Part shown: positions 31,120 through 40,192 of the stretch, piece by piece
Position numbering within the stretch: the first letter of the stretch is position 1
Layout: the number at the start of each line of letters is the position of its first letter
Source: Acetobacteraceae bacterium
Lineage (GTDB): Bacteria > Pseudomonadota > Alphaproteobacteria > Acetobacterales > Acetobacteraceae
Length of the DNA: 64,000 nucleotides
NCBI GenBank assembly: GCA_965199165.1
Contig: OZ240681.1
Location: forward strand, 5,068,690-5,132,689
Direction: 5' to 3'
The notes under the pieces: generated by a model
The model's database searches: none
The model's input: only the letters and a program-made list of their open reading frames with translations
Told to the model about the DNA's origin: nothing
Made by a program: the position numbers and the translations under genes

Positions 31120-31146
31120 CGATAGCAGGTGAGGCAGGCGAACGCT

Positions 31147-32472
31147 TCAGCCCGTCGCCTCGCGCCGCGCGATGGCCATGGCCCGCGTGTGGAAGCCCGT
31201 CGCCAACAAAGTCGCGATCAACCCGAGCAAGGCCGCCACCGACAGCCATAGCCCCGGCATCGCGCGGTCGCCCGTCGAATGGATCAGCTGCGTGCAGATC
31301 GCCGGGGTGAAGCCTCCAAAAACCGCCGTCGCCAGGCTGTAGGCCAGGGAGAAGCCCGAGGTCCGCACCGCCTCCGGCATCAGCTCCGCCAGGAACGGCA
31401 CCGCGGCGCCGTTATACATGCCGAAGATGAAGGACAGCCACAGCTCCGCCACCAGAAGATGACCGAAGCTCGTGTTGTGGGTCAGCCACAGCATGACCGG
31501 ATAGGCGGTCACCAAAGTCAGCACCGTCGTGCTCAGCAGGATCGGGCGGCGGCCGAAGCGGTCCGCCAACGTGCCGCCGATCGGCAGCCAGATGAAGTTG
31601 GACACGGCGACGCAGAGCGTCACGATCATGACCTGCAGCGCACCGAGGTGCAGCTCATGCCGCCCGAAGGTCGGCGTGTAGGCCGTGATGAGGTAGAAGC
31701 TCACCGTGGTCATGGTGATCAGCATCATGCCGAGCAGCACCACCGCCCAGTTGCGGGCGATCGAGCCGAGGATCGTCCGGATCGCCGGGTGCTTGCGACG
31801 GGCGAAGGCCTCCGTCTCCTGCAGGCTGCGCCGCAGTAGGAACAGCAGCGGCACGATGAGGCAGCCGACCAGGAGAGGCACGCGCCAGCCCCAGTTCGCC
31901 ATCTGTGCCGGGGTCAGGGACAGGCTCAGGATGACGCCGATGATGGCCGCCACCGCCACCGCCACCTGCTGGCTCGCCGACTGCCAGGAGCAGAAGAAGC
32001 CCGCACGGCCTGGCGGCGCGATCTCCGCCAGATAGACGGAGACGCCGCCCAGTTCCACGCCTGCCGACAGGCCCTGGATGATGCGCCCGACAACCACCAG
32101 GATGGGCGCCGCAATGCCGATGGTCGCATAGCTCGGCGTCACGGCGATCAGCAGCAGCCCGATCGCCATCATGCCGAGCGTCACGATCAGGCCGCGCCGG
32201 CGGCCGAAGTGGTCGATGTAGGCGCCGAGCACGATGGCGCCCAGGGGCCGCATGAGAAAGCCGCCGCCGAAGATGCCGAGCGACAGCATCAGCGAGGCGA
32301 AGGGGTTCTTCTCGGGGAAGAAGGCGCGGCCGATGTAGGTCGCGTAATAGGCGTAGATCATGAAGTCGTACATTTCGAGGAAGTTGCCGCTCGTCACGCG
32401 GACGACGGCCGCCGCCAGCGAACGGCCATCCTGACCGACGACGCGCGGCGCCGTGCCGGCTGATCCATCCAT
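31147..32472 (-). CDS. MFS transporter, metabolite:H+ symporter (MHS) family
   Basis: [48 protein letters not shown], about 12 predicted TM segments. Confidence 0.8.
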   Translation of the reverse strand: MDGSAGTAPRVVGQDGRSLAAAVVRVTSGNFLEMYDFMIYAYYATYIGRAFFPEKNPFASLMLSLGIFGGGFLMRPLGAIVLGAYIDHFGRRRGLIVTLGMMAIGLLLIAVTPSYATIGIAAPILVVVGRIIQGLSAGVELGGVSVYLAEIAPPGRAGFFCSWQSASQQVAVAVAAIIGVILSLSLTPAQMANWGWRVPLLVGCLIVPLLFLLRRSLQETEAFARRKHPAIRTILGSIARNWAVVLLGMMLITMTTVSFYLITAYTPTFGRHELHLGALQVMIVTLCVAVSNFIWLPIGGTLADRFGRRPILLSTTVLTLVTAYPVMLWLTHNTSFGHLLVAELWLSFIFGMYNGAAVPFLAELMPEAVRTSGFSLAYSLATAVFGGFTPAICTQLIHSTGDRAMPGLWLSVAALLGLIATLLATGFHTRAMAIARREATG

Positions 32473-32615
32473 GGTCTTCCTCCCTCGCAGGCTCTTCTCG
32501 CAGGTTCCGGTCTTGCGCCAGCCCCGATATTCATCCTGAACCTAATCGGAAAGAGGGGAAAGCGACACAATCCCCCCTCCCCGCCGTGGTCAAACTACCG
32601 TAGATCGGCGATCAC

Positions 32616-33602
32616 ATGCGCCGCACCACTCATTTTCTGCTTGCCACCGCGATCTTGGCCGCACCGATGCCGGTGGCGGCCCAGGTTTCGGTCGATCTCA
32701 ATGCGCTGAGCGGTCTCGGTGCCGCTCCCCTGCCTGGGCCGCCACCCAGCGCGCCGATGACGCCGCATCACTATCACCACCGGATGCGCCACCTCGCCCG
32801 TGGCGAAAAGGCGCGCGGGACCGCAGCGCCGACCGCCGTCGCCTCCGCGACAGAAGCCCCCGCCACCGGGCCGGAAGCCATCGAACATCCGGCCAATCTC
32901 GGGCCGTCCTTCAACAGCCTGCCCGCACTCCCGGGCGCCGCGCCACCGGTGCCCGCGCCACCGCCCGCCGTGCCTCCCGCTCCACCCATGCCCGCCGCGG
33001 CCACCAAGCCGGCAGCGCCGAAACCGGCCGAAACAGCCTCGGCCACGCCTAAGTCCGCCACGCCGAAGTCTGGCACGCCAAAGTCTGGCATGCCGGAGCC
33101 CGCAGCGCCTGCCACGCCGGCGCTCGCGCTACCCAAGGCGGTGCCGCCACCCCCTGCTTTGGCGCCGAGTGCCCCGACACGCCTGGCAGAGGTGACACCG
33201 CCACCGCCGGCGGCCCAGCCCGCGCCCCCAAAACCTGCGCCGAACGCACTGCCGACGGGCGCGGATCGTCTCACGCTGCCCTTCTTCGTGAATGAAAGCG
33301 ACCTGCCCCCGGCCGAAAACGCCATGCTGCGGGACTTCGCCCAGCGCTATGGGGGCACGGCCGAATACGTCATCCGCGCCTTCGCGACGCCGCCCGCGGG
33401 GGACGACGACCCGTCAACTCCGCGGCGCCTGGCACTTGCACGCGCGCAGGCCGTGGCCGCCGCGCTGGAGACGTCCGGCGTGCAACCCGAGCGGGTGCGG
33501 CTCCTCGCGCTCGGCAATGCCGGAGGCAGCCCGGCCGACCGGGTAGAAGTCATCGCCATGCCGCCGTCCAGCAGTCATACTACTTCCGAATCCACACCTT
33601 AG
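32616..33602 (+). CDS. Secreted proline/alanine-rich protein with a degenerate OmpA-like C-terminal domain
   Basis: Signal peptide MRRTTHFLLATAILAAPMPVAAQ, ~200 aa low-complexity P/A-rich region. C-terminus LTLPFFVNESDL..YVIRAFATPP..RRLALARAQAVAAALETSGVQPERVRLLALGN..DRVEVI. Confidence 0.6.
   Translation: MRRTTHFLLATAILAAPMPVAAQVSVDLNALSGLGAAPLPGPPPSAPMTPHHYHHRMRHLARGEKARGTAAPTAVASATEAPATGPEAIEHPANLGPSFNSLPALPGAAPPVPAPPPAVPPAPPMPAAATKPAAPKPAETASATPKSATPKSGTPKSGMPEPAAPATPALALPKAVPPPPALAPSAPTRLAEVTPPPPAAQPAPPKPAPNALPTGADRLTLPFFVNESDLPPAENAMLRDFAQRYGGTAEYVIRAFATPPAGDDDPSTPRRLALARAQAVAAALETSGVQPERVRLLALGNAGGSPADRVEVIAMPPSSSHTTSESTP
33045..33089 (+). repeat. 3 x 15-bp in-frame tandem repeat (ACGCCnAAGTCyGsC; TPKSA/TPKSG/TPKSG)
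   Basis: Read directly inside the Pro-rich region. Confidence 0.6.
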
Positions 33603-33617
33603 CGGTCCAGATCCCCT

Positions 33618-34772
33618 ATGACACGGCCGACTACTTACCTGATCCGGATGCTCATCTTCCTCGCGGCCGTCCTCGCCGTCGTGATCTTCCTGATCCCCAA
33701 GCTGCGCATCTTCTTCTCGAGCAACCCTGCGCTCAACGCCTTCATCTGCTTCGTGCTCCTTCTCGGCATCCTCTGGAACCTGCGGCAGGTCCTGCGGCTG
33801 GAACCCGAGGTCGCCTGGGTCGGCGACTACCAGCGCACCCGCCAGCGCCTGTCGGGCCTCGTGCCGCCGAAGCTGCTGGCGCCCATGGCGCGCATGCTGG
33901 CCTCCCGCGCCGAAGCCGCCGGGCGCGAAGGCCGCGTCACCCTCTCCGCCCAGGCCATGCGCAGCCTGCTCGACGGCATCGGCAGCCGGCTCGACGAAAG
34001 CCGCGAGCTGTCCCGCTACGCCACGGCACTGATGATCTTCCTCGGCCTGCTTGGAACGTTCTGGGGCCTGCTGAAGACCGTCAGCGCGGTCGCCGACGTG
34101 ATCCAGGGCATGAGCGTCGGCGGCGGCGACATCAACGCGGTCTTCGACCAGCTCAAGGCCGGGCTTGCCGGGCCGCTCGCCGGCATGTCCACCGCCTTCT
34201 CCTCCTCCATGTTCGGCCTCGCCGGGGCGCTGGTTCTGGGCTTCCTCGATCTTCAGGCCGGGCAGGCCCAGAACCGCTTCTACAACGAGCTGGAGGATTG
34301 GCTGGCGGGCTTTACCCGCCTCTCCTCCGGCGTGCTGGGCGGCGACGGCGAGGGCGGGAACGTGCCACACTATGTGCAGGCGCTGCTGGAACAGACGGCC
34401 GAGAACATGGAAGGCCTGCAGGCCGTGCTCCTCCGCGGCGAAGAAGGGCGACTGCAGTCGACCCAGATCCTCACGACGCTCGTCGACCGCCTCAACACCT
34501 TCACCGACACCATGCGCGCCAACCAGCAGCTCATGCTGCGTATCGCCGAGACTCAGGCGAGCCTTGCCCCGGCCCTGCAACGCATGACCGACCACCGCGA
34601 CCACCGGGCCTCGGACGAGGTCTCGCATGCGCATCTGCGCAACATCGAGCACGCTTTGCAGCGCCTCATCGCGGAATCGGAGCAGGGCCGCGCGCAAACG
34701 ACCTCCGAGCTGCGCAACGACATCCGCGTGCTGACCCGCACGATCGCCGCGATCAATGATGGGGCCCGTTAA
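33618..34772 (+). CDS. MotA/TolQ/ExbB-family proton-channel protein with ~170-aa C-terminal coiled-coil tail
   Basis: Two N-terminal TM helices. Channel-family helices YATALMIFLGLLGTFWGLLKTV and LAGMSTAFSSSMFGLAGALVLGFL. Heptad-like tail follows (ENMEGLQAVLL..LVDRLNTFTDTMRANQQLMLRIAE..). Confidence 0.75.
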   Translation: MTRPTTYLIRMLIFLAAVLAVVIFLIPKLRIFFSSNPALNAFICFVLLLGILWNLRQVLRLEPEVAWVGDYQRTRQRLSGLVPPKLLAPMARMLASRAEAAGREGRVTLSAQAMRSLLDGIGSRLDESRELSRYATALMIFLGLLGTFWGLLKTVSAVADVIQGMSVGGGDINAVFDQLKAGLAGPLAGMSTAFSSSMFGLAGALVLGFLDLQAGQAQNRFYNELEDWLAGFTRLSSGVLGGDGEGGNVPHYVQALLEQTAENMEGLQAVLLRGEEGRLQSTQILTTLVDRLNTFTDTMRANQQLMLRIAETQASLAPALQRMTDHRDHRASDEVSHAHLRNIEHALQRLIAESEQGRAQTTSELRNDIRVLTRTIAAINDGAR

Positions 34773-34789
34773 CATGGGGGCGCGCTGAC

Positions 34790-36217
34790 ATGCCGGGCTT
34801 CCACCGCCGACGCCCGCATAACGGGCTCGACGCCTGGCCGGGCTACGTGGACGCGCTTTCCACGCTGCTCATGGTCACGATCTTCGTGCTGCTGGTCTTC
34901 GTGCTGGCGCAGGGTCTGCTCTCCGTCACGCTGACGGGCAAGGACAAGGCGCTCGAACGGCTCAACCAGGAGATCTCGCAACTCACCGACATGCTGTCGC
35001 TGGAGCGCGGCCGGGCGGCGGACCTCCAGGGCAACGTTGCGAGCCTTGCGCATGACCTGGGCGAGGTCACTACGGCGCGGGATGCGCTCGCGCATCAGCT
35101 GTCGACGGCGCAGGCGGCGGTCGCCCAGGATACCAGCCAGGTCTCGACGCTCACTGCCCAGCGGGACCGTCTGAGCGCAGAGCTCGCGGACAGTGTGGTG
35201 CAAGCGCAGTCTGCCAGCGCACGGCTGAACGATATCCAGGGGCAGCTCAGCCAGCAGACGCAAGCCGCCGCCGCCGCCAATAGCCAGCTTGTCAGCGTCC
35301 AGGCAGCGTTGACGGCGACGCAGCAGAAGCTTTCGGCGACCGACACCAGCCTGTCCCAAGCCAACGCCGCCACGGCCGCCGCAACGGCCGCCACCCAGGC
35401 CGCCACTGCCCACGCGGCCGGTCTGCAAGCCCAGCTGACGGCCGCCGATACCCAGGCCACCACCGCCGCAGCAAGCCTTGCGGCGGCCCGCACCGCGCTG
35501 GCGCAGGACCAGACCCAGATTGCTCAGGCGCAACAGCAGGCGGTCGCCGGTAGCACGGCGCTCAGCCAGCAGAAGCAGGCGACGGATGAAGCGAATACCG
35601 AGATCGCGCTCCTCAACGAGCAGATGGCGCAGCTCCGGGCGCAGCTGACCGCGATCGCCTCGGCGCTCCAGCTTCAGGAGAACCAGGGCAGGGACAAGGA
35701 TGCCGAAATCGCCGATCTCGGCCGCAAGCTCAACCTCGCCCTCGCCGCCAAGGTGCAGGAACTGCAACGCTACCGCAGCGACTTCTTCGGCAAGCTGCGC
35801 GAGATCCTGAAGAACCAGCCGAACATCAAGGTCGTCGGCGACCGCTTCGTCTTCCAGAGCGACGTGCTCTTCCCGGTCGACGGCGCGACCATGACGCCAG
35901 CCGGGCAGGGGCAGATCGGCGACATCGCGACCGCCGTCAAAGGCATCATGAAGGAGATCCCGCCCGACCTCTCCTGGATGCTGCGGGTGGACGGCCATGC
36001 CGACAGCCAGCCTGTTACCAGCGGCCAGTACAAGAACAACTGGGACTTGTCGGCCGCGCGGGCCATCGCGGTAGTGCAGCTGCTGATCCAGGATGGCGTG
36101 CCCGCGAACCACCTCGCGGCGACGGCCTTCGCCGATACGCAGCCGATCGATCCCGCCCCCAATGCAGCCGCGTATGCGAAGAACCGCCGAATTGAATTCC
36201 GCCTGACGGACCGCTGA
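34790..36217 (+). CDS. MotB-like protein: plug/TM with conserved Asp, ~280-aa Ala/Gln-rich coiled coil, C-terminal OmpA-type peptidoglycan-binding domain
   Basis: AWPGYVDALSTLLMVTIFVLLVF (MotB-type TM, Asp21), long coiled coil (LERLNQEISQLTDML ... KVQELQRY). OmpA domain: VFQSDVLFPVDGATMT..VDGHADSQP..NNWDLSAARAIAVVQLL..NRRIEFRL. Confidence 0.75.
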   Translation: MPGFHRRRPHNGLDAWPGYVDALSTLLMVTIFVLLVFVLAQGLLSVTLTGKDKALERLNQEISQLTDMLSLERGRAADLQGNVASLAHDLGEVTTARDALAHQLSTAQAAVAQDTSQVSTLTAQRDRLSAELADSVVQAQSASARLNDIQGQLSQQTQAAAAANSQLVSVQAALTATQQKLSATDTSLSQANAATAAATAATQAATAHAAGLQAQLTAADTQATTAAASLAAARTALAQDQTQIAQAQQQAVAGSTALSQQKQATDEANTEIALLNEQMAQLRAQLTAIASALQLQENQGRDKDAEIADLGRKLNLALAAKVQELQRYRSDFFGKLREILKNQPNIKVVGDRFVFQSDVLFPVDGATMTPAGQGQIGDIATAVKGIMKEIPPDLSWMLRVDGHADSQPVTSGQYKNNWDLSAARAIAVVQLLIQDGVPANHLAATAFADTQPIDPAPNAAAYAKNRRIEFRLTDR

Positions 36218-36245
36218 GCCGCTACTCTTGATCAGGAACGGGGCG

Positions 36246-37061
36246 ATGCTCGACAACCCAGAGGTGGCGCGTCGCGAATGGACCGTCGGGGCCCAGCGGA
36301 TCGTGCTGGCCGACTGCCTCCTGGGTCTGGCGGACCTGCCGCCCGAGAGCATCGACGTCTGCGTGACCTCCCCGCCCTACAACATCGGCGTCGCCTACCG
36401 CACCTACCGGGACCGGATGCCGCGCGCCGCCTATCTGGATTGGCTTGGCGAGGTCGGCCGGGCGATCCACCGCACGCTCAAGCCTGAGGGCTCGTTCTTC
36501 CTCAATGTGGGCGGCACCGGCGGCGACCCGTGGATTACGAGCGACGCCGGCCGCGCCATGGGCGAGGCCTTCGTGCTGCAGAACCACATCGTCTGGGTCA
36601 AGTCGCTGAGCATCGGCGGCGATACGGTCGGGCATTTCAAGCCGATCACCAGCCCGCGCTACCTCAACCAGAACCACGAGACCATTTTCCATTTCACCAA
36701 GACCGGCGCGGTCGCCGTCGACCGGCTGGCGGTGGGCGTGCCGTTCAAGGACAAGTCGAACATCGCCCGCTGGGGCCACGCGCGGGACCGGCGTTGCGCC
36801 GGCAACGTCTGGTTCATCCCCTACCAGACCGTGAAGTCCCGCACCGAGAAGTTCGATCATCCGGCGGGCTTCCCGGTCGAGCTGCCGTTGCGCTGCATCC
36901 AGCTGCACGGGGTCGAGGCGCCGTGCGTGCTCGACCCGTTCCTGGGCGCGGGGACGACGCTGGTCGCGGCGCAGAGGCTCGGCGCCCATGGCATCGGTTT
37001 CGAGATGGATGCCGACTACGCCGAACGGGCGGTACAGAGGCTCGCGAGCGACTCGCCGTAG
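36246..37061 (+). CDS. Beta-class DNA methyltransferase (N4-cytosine or N6-adenine), no adjacent restriction gene
   Basis: Motif IV DVCVTSPPYN precedes motif I VLDPFLGAGTT (the beta-class order), FDHPAGFPVELP. An alternative TTG start lies at 36228. Confidence 0.8.
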   Translation: MLDNPEVARREWTVGAQRIVLADCLLGLADLPPESIDVCVTSPPYNIGVAYRTYRDRMPRAAYLDWLGEVGRAIHRTLKPEGSFFLNVGGTGGDPWITSDAGRAMGEAFVLQNHIVWVKSLSIGGDTVGHFKPITSPRYLNQNHETIFHFTKTGAVAVDRLAVGVPFKDKSNIARWGHARDRRCAGNVWFIPYQTVKSRTEKFDHPAGFPVELPLRCIQLHGVEAPCVLDPFLGAGTTLVAAQRLGAHGIGFEMDADYAERAVQRLASDSP

Positions 37062-37208
37062 GCGCTGTTCGCAGGTCGTGTGGCGGCCTTAACAGAGCCA
37101 AGACCTAGCGGGATCTTGGCTACTGCGGACACATGGCCGATGATCGCCCTCATGTCCACCAGGTTGGACGGGCACAGCGCCCCATCGAGTTAGGGCCGAA
37201 GTGCGACG

Positions 37209-37226
37209 AGTTGACGGCCGTCAACT
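37209..37226. terminator. 18-bp perfect palindrome AGTTGACGGCCGTCAACT between convergent methyltransferase and thioesterase genes
   Basis: Read directly; 45 nt beyond the thioesterase stop. Confidence 0.35.
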
Positions 37227-37270
37227 GGGTCAGGCAGACTGTCGTTACGGTACAGAACCCATTGCTTGCG

Positions 37271-38164
37271 TTATAGTGGAGCGACGGCCTGTTCCAAAAG
37301 ACATCTGCTTTCGACACGATCCGTCACCGGTTGGCCACTCCCGTCTCCCAGCATTGCATCGGTAAAGGCTTTGCAGAGGGTCGCCACGTTCTCCGGCTGG
37401 ATGACGCTATGATGGTCGCCCGGCAGATCGATGATCTGAAGCGAGAAAAAATGTCTGTTCCAACCGAGATCGGGTGCCTCGTCAGGCGCATCCTGATGGC
37501 TCGAGCGGAACAAGACGCCGGGCACGTCAAGCCGTGGCCGATCGTTTTTCATCCGCTCGATGAGGTCCAGCAGGAGGTGTTGACGGAGGCGGCAGGTGAC
37601 GTGCCCGTAGAGGTCCTCCTGTAAATCGAACGGCAGATGGAAGCGGCGGAGGCGCCCGAGCGCAATTAGCAGCCCGGGTCTGCGCAACCGCGTGACGGCG
37701 CCGACGATGGTGCGTGCGATCTCCTGGGAAAGCTGACGGTCACGCATGGCGAGAGCCCAGCGGCGCCAGCGGGCTTGCGGCGAAGCCGCGCTTGCCGGCA
37801 CATGCGAGCTTGACGGCGCATCGACCAGGCCCACCCGGTCGACGCGGCGTCCGGCGGCGGTCAGAGCTTCGGCCACCGCGTAGGCCAACGTGCCGCCGAA
37901 GGAATAGCCCGCCAGAACCAGGTTGCCCGTAGGCGCCACGGATTCCACTTGCTCGCAACAGTGATCGATGAGTTGATCGAGCGTCAAGGCACGGGTGTGA
38001 TCGGTCCAAAAGGGGAATTTGACGGGAGTACACCGCAACGCGGGGGCACAGCCTACCCGAAGGGCGGCGAGTTCCCGATCGTCTCCGCCGAGGCCGGGAA
38101 AAAGAAGCACGTGCGGACGATCCAGAGAATTAGCCAAGGAATCCAGCATAACCGGAGGATCCAC
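37271..38164 (-). CDS. Thioesterase-domain protein (alpha/beta hydrolase, type II thioesterase-like)
   Basis: HVLLFPGLGGDDRELAAL, nucleophile elbow LAGYSFGGTLAYAVA, C-terminal LPGDHHSV; lower GC than its surroundings by eye. Confidence 0.65.
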   Translation of the reverse strand: MDPPVMLDSLANSLDRPHVLLFPGLGGDDRELAALRVGCAPALRCTPVKFPFWTDHTRALTLDQLIDHCCEQVESVAPTGNLVLAGYSFGGTLAYAVAEALTAAGRRVDRVGLVDAPSSSHVPASAASPQARWRRWALAMRDRQLSQEIARTIVGAVTRLRRPGLLIALGRLRRFHLPFDLQEDLYGHVTCRLRQHLLLDLIERMKNDRPRLDVPGVLFRSSHQDAPDEAPDLGWNRHFFSLQIIDLPGDHHSVIQPENVATLCKAFTDAMLGDGSGQPVTDRVESRCLLEQAVAPL

Positions 38165-38752
38165 AGGTTTGACGGGCCGAAATTGGCTCCGCTCGACACT
38201 CTTTGCTAAGCCGTAACCTCATCAAACTTGGTTTTCGGATCGCCTAAGGTTGGCGTCCAAGCGGGTTTTTTGTGCCGCTGCAGTGGGGCTGCTGTCTAGG
38301 TTGCATAACAGACGAGCACGCCGACCGCGGGCTTACCCGATCGTTCAGCCTTATGCCCGAGCTAACAGGTCCGAGACTTAGTCTCGATGGATCAAAATGC
38401 CCTTCCGGATCCCTCCCCTGTCGTTACCAGGTCAACCGGTCTCCACAAACGAATCAGGCTGGCAACGAAGAAGCTAGTCTGGCCGTAATCGCGGCCGGCA
38501 TATCGCGCATTGTCGAATACCTCCGTCGTTCCGATCCGCAACAGACTGACCCGATTGTATAGCCCTGTGCCAGGGAGGCTTGAGAAGGCAAAGCACCAGG
38601 CCTGCCGCCGCAGAAAGCCAAGCGATCCGAATGGACTATTGCCCAACAATAGCTTTACCGTCGGCAGGCGCGCGCCCGTTGCCCGGAAGGCCCTGCACCA
38701 TCGGCATGTGCAGCGGCACTAACCGGCGTTGCGGCGACAAACTGGACGATCG

Positions 38753-40192
38753 TTACGGATCCACGATCCTCCACCCACCGCCAAGAGCCTTGTAGAGTCC
38801 GACAAGATCCGTCTCGATCTCGGTCTCGCTCTGGGCAAGGTCATCCTCGCCCTGCAGCACGGCGGATTCCGCCGAGATGACGTTGAGGAAATCCGTCGCA
38901 CCCTGCTGGTAACTTTGCTGCGCCGCGGCAAGCGCGTTGCGGTCCTTCTCGACAGCTTCGGCCACCAGGTCATGCCGCTGCTGCGCCGCCGCATAGGCCG
39001 TCAGCGCATCGTCCACGTCCTGCCAGGCGGCGAGAACCGTGTCCCGATAATCGAGCGCCGCCTCCCGCTGCTGCGAGCGGCGAAGGCGCAACGTGCCGCG
39101 AAGCTGTCCGCCTTGGAACAGGGGCAGGTTGATCGTCGGCCCGACCGTCGCCTCCAGATCCGGCATCGAGAAGGCATTGAGAACGTGCAGGCCCTGCAGC
39201 CCGGCATGTCCTGTCAACGTGATGTCCGGATAGAAGTCGGCGACCGCGACCCCCGTCTCCGCCGTCGCCATATGCAGCCGTGCCTCCGCCTCGCGAATAT
39301 CGGGCCGGCGGCGGAGGAGAGTAGACGGCAGACCGACCGGCACCGCTGGCGGCACGAGCGGCGGCGCGGCGACCGGCGTCAGCTCGCCCGCAAGCGCCCG
39401 CGGCGGTTCCGCCAGAAGATAGCCGATCGCGTTGATGAGTCGCGCAGCCTCTTCCCGCAGCGGCGGCAGCTCGGACGCGATGGTGGCTTGCTGCGCCTCG
39501 GCGTTCGCGATGTCCAAGGTCGTCGCGACGCCATTCGCGAACTGGTCGCGCACCAGCGCGAGGTCATGATCGGCGAGGGCGAGGTTGCGCCGGTTGATCG
39601 CCTCCCGCGCCTGCGTGCCGCGCAGCTGCATGTAGTCCTGCGCGAGATCCGCGATGGCGCGCAGAGCGATTGCGTGCCGCGCCTCGATCGCCGCTTCGGT
39701 ATCGGCCCGCTCGGCCTCCACCGCCCGTCTCACCCGGCCGAACAGATCGAGCTCCCAGGAGGATTGCAGGCTGTTCTCCCACAGGCTGAAGCCCAGCGGC
39801 GCGCCCGGCGCCGGCTCGACCAGCGAGACGGGGCCATTCGGGCTCTCCCGCGTGAAGGTGTATTGGGACTGGGCGCTGATGTGGGGCAGCCCCTGGGACG
39901 CTGCCACCTGGGTCTCGGCCTGGCCCTGCTGCACCCGCTCCAGCGCGCCGGCGAGGCTGATATTCTGCCGCGACAACCGGTCCACCAGCGAGGTCAGCTC
40001 CGGATCGCCGAAGCTCTCCCACCACTGCTCCTCCACCGGCCCGCCATAGGTGCGGCTGCCGACGTCGCTCGGCTCACCGCCCCAGGCGGCCGGGTTGTCC
40101 GTCTGCGGCTCCTGGAAGTCCGGCCCGACCGTGCAGCCCGCCAGGGCCGCCAAGACAAGGGCGAAGAACACGCACGCCCGTCTCTGCTTCAA
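38753..40192 (-). CDS. Efflux outer-membrane factor lipoprotein (NodT family)
   Basis: Lipobox VLAALAGCTVGPDF, duplicated OEP-type helical repeats; 4-nt overlap with the upstream HlyD gene. Confidence 0.88.
   Translation of the reverse strand: MKQRRACVFFALVLAALAGCTVGPDFQEPQTDNPAAWGGEPSDVGSRTYGGPVEEQWWESFGDPELTSLVDRLSRQNISLAGALERVQQGQAETQVAASQGLPHISAQSQYTFTRESPNGPVSLVEPAPGAPLGFSLWENSLQSSWELDLFGRVRRAVEAERADTEAAIEARHAIALRAIADLAQDYMQLRGTQAREAINRRNLALADHDLALVRDQFANGVATTLDIANAEAQQATIASELPPLREEAARLINAIGYLLAEPPRALAGELTPVAAPPLVPPAVPVGLPSTLLRRRPDIREAEARLHMATAETGVAVADFYPDITLTGHAGLQGLHVLNAFSMPDLEATVGPTINLPLFQGGQLRGTLRLRRSQQREAALDYRDTVLAAWQDVDDALTAYAAAQQRHDLVAEAVEKDRNALAAAQQSYQQGATDFLNVISAESAVLQGEDDLAQSETEIETDLVGLYKALGGGWRIVDP

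Noticed and set aside
32616-37061. Calling the MotA/MotB-like pair plus methyltransferase a Zorya anti-phage system.
   Set aside because: No ZorC/ZorD/ZorE-type helicase or nuclease genes are present. The A-subunit tail is much shorter than in ZorA, and the long coil is on the B subunit instead. Only the architectural resemblance is reported.
38165-38752. Searched the 590-bp spacer for tRNA, integrase or transposase remnants and attachment-site repeats.
   Set aside because: I found no cloverleaf-like T-arm or anticodon-arm pattern, no recognisable protein fossil in six frames by eye, and no flanking direct repeats. It is left as unexplained non-coding DNA in a finding.
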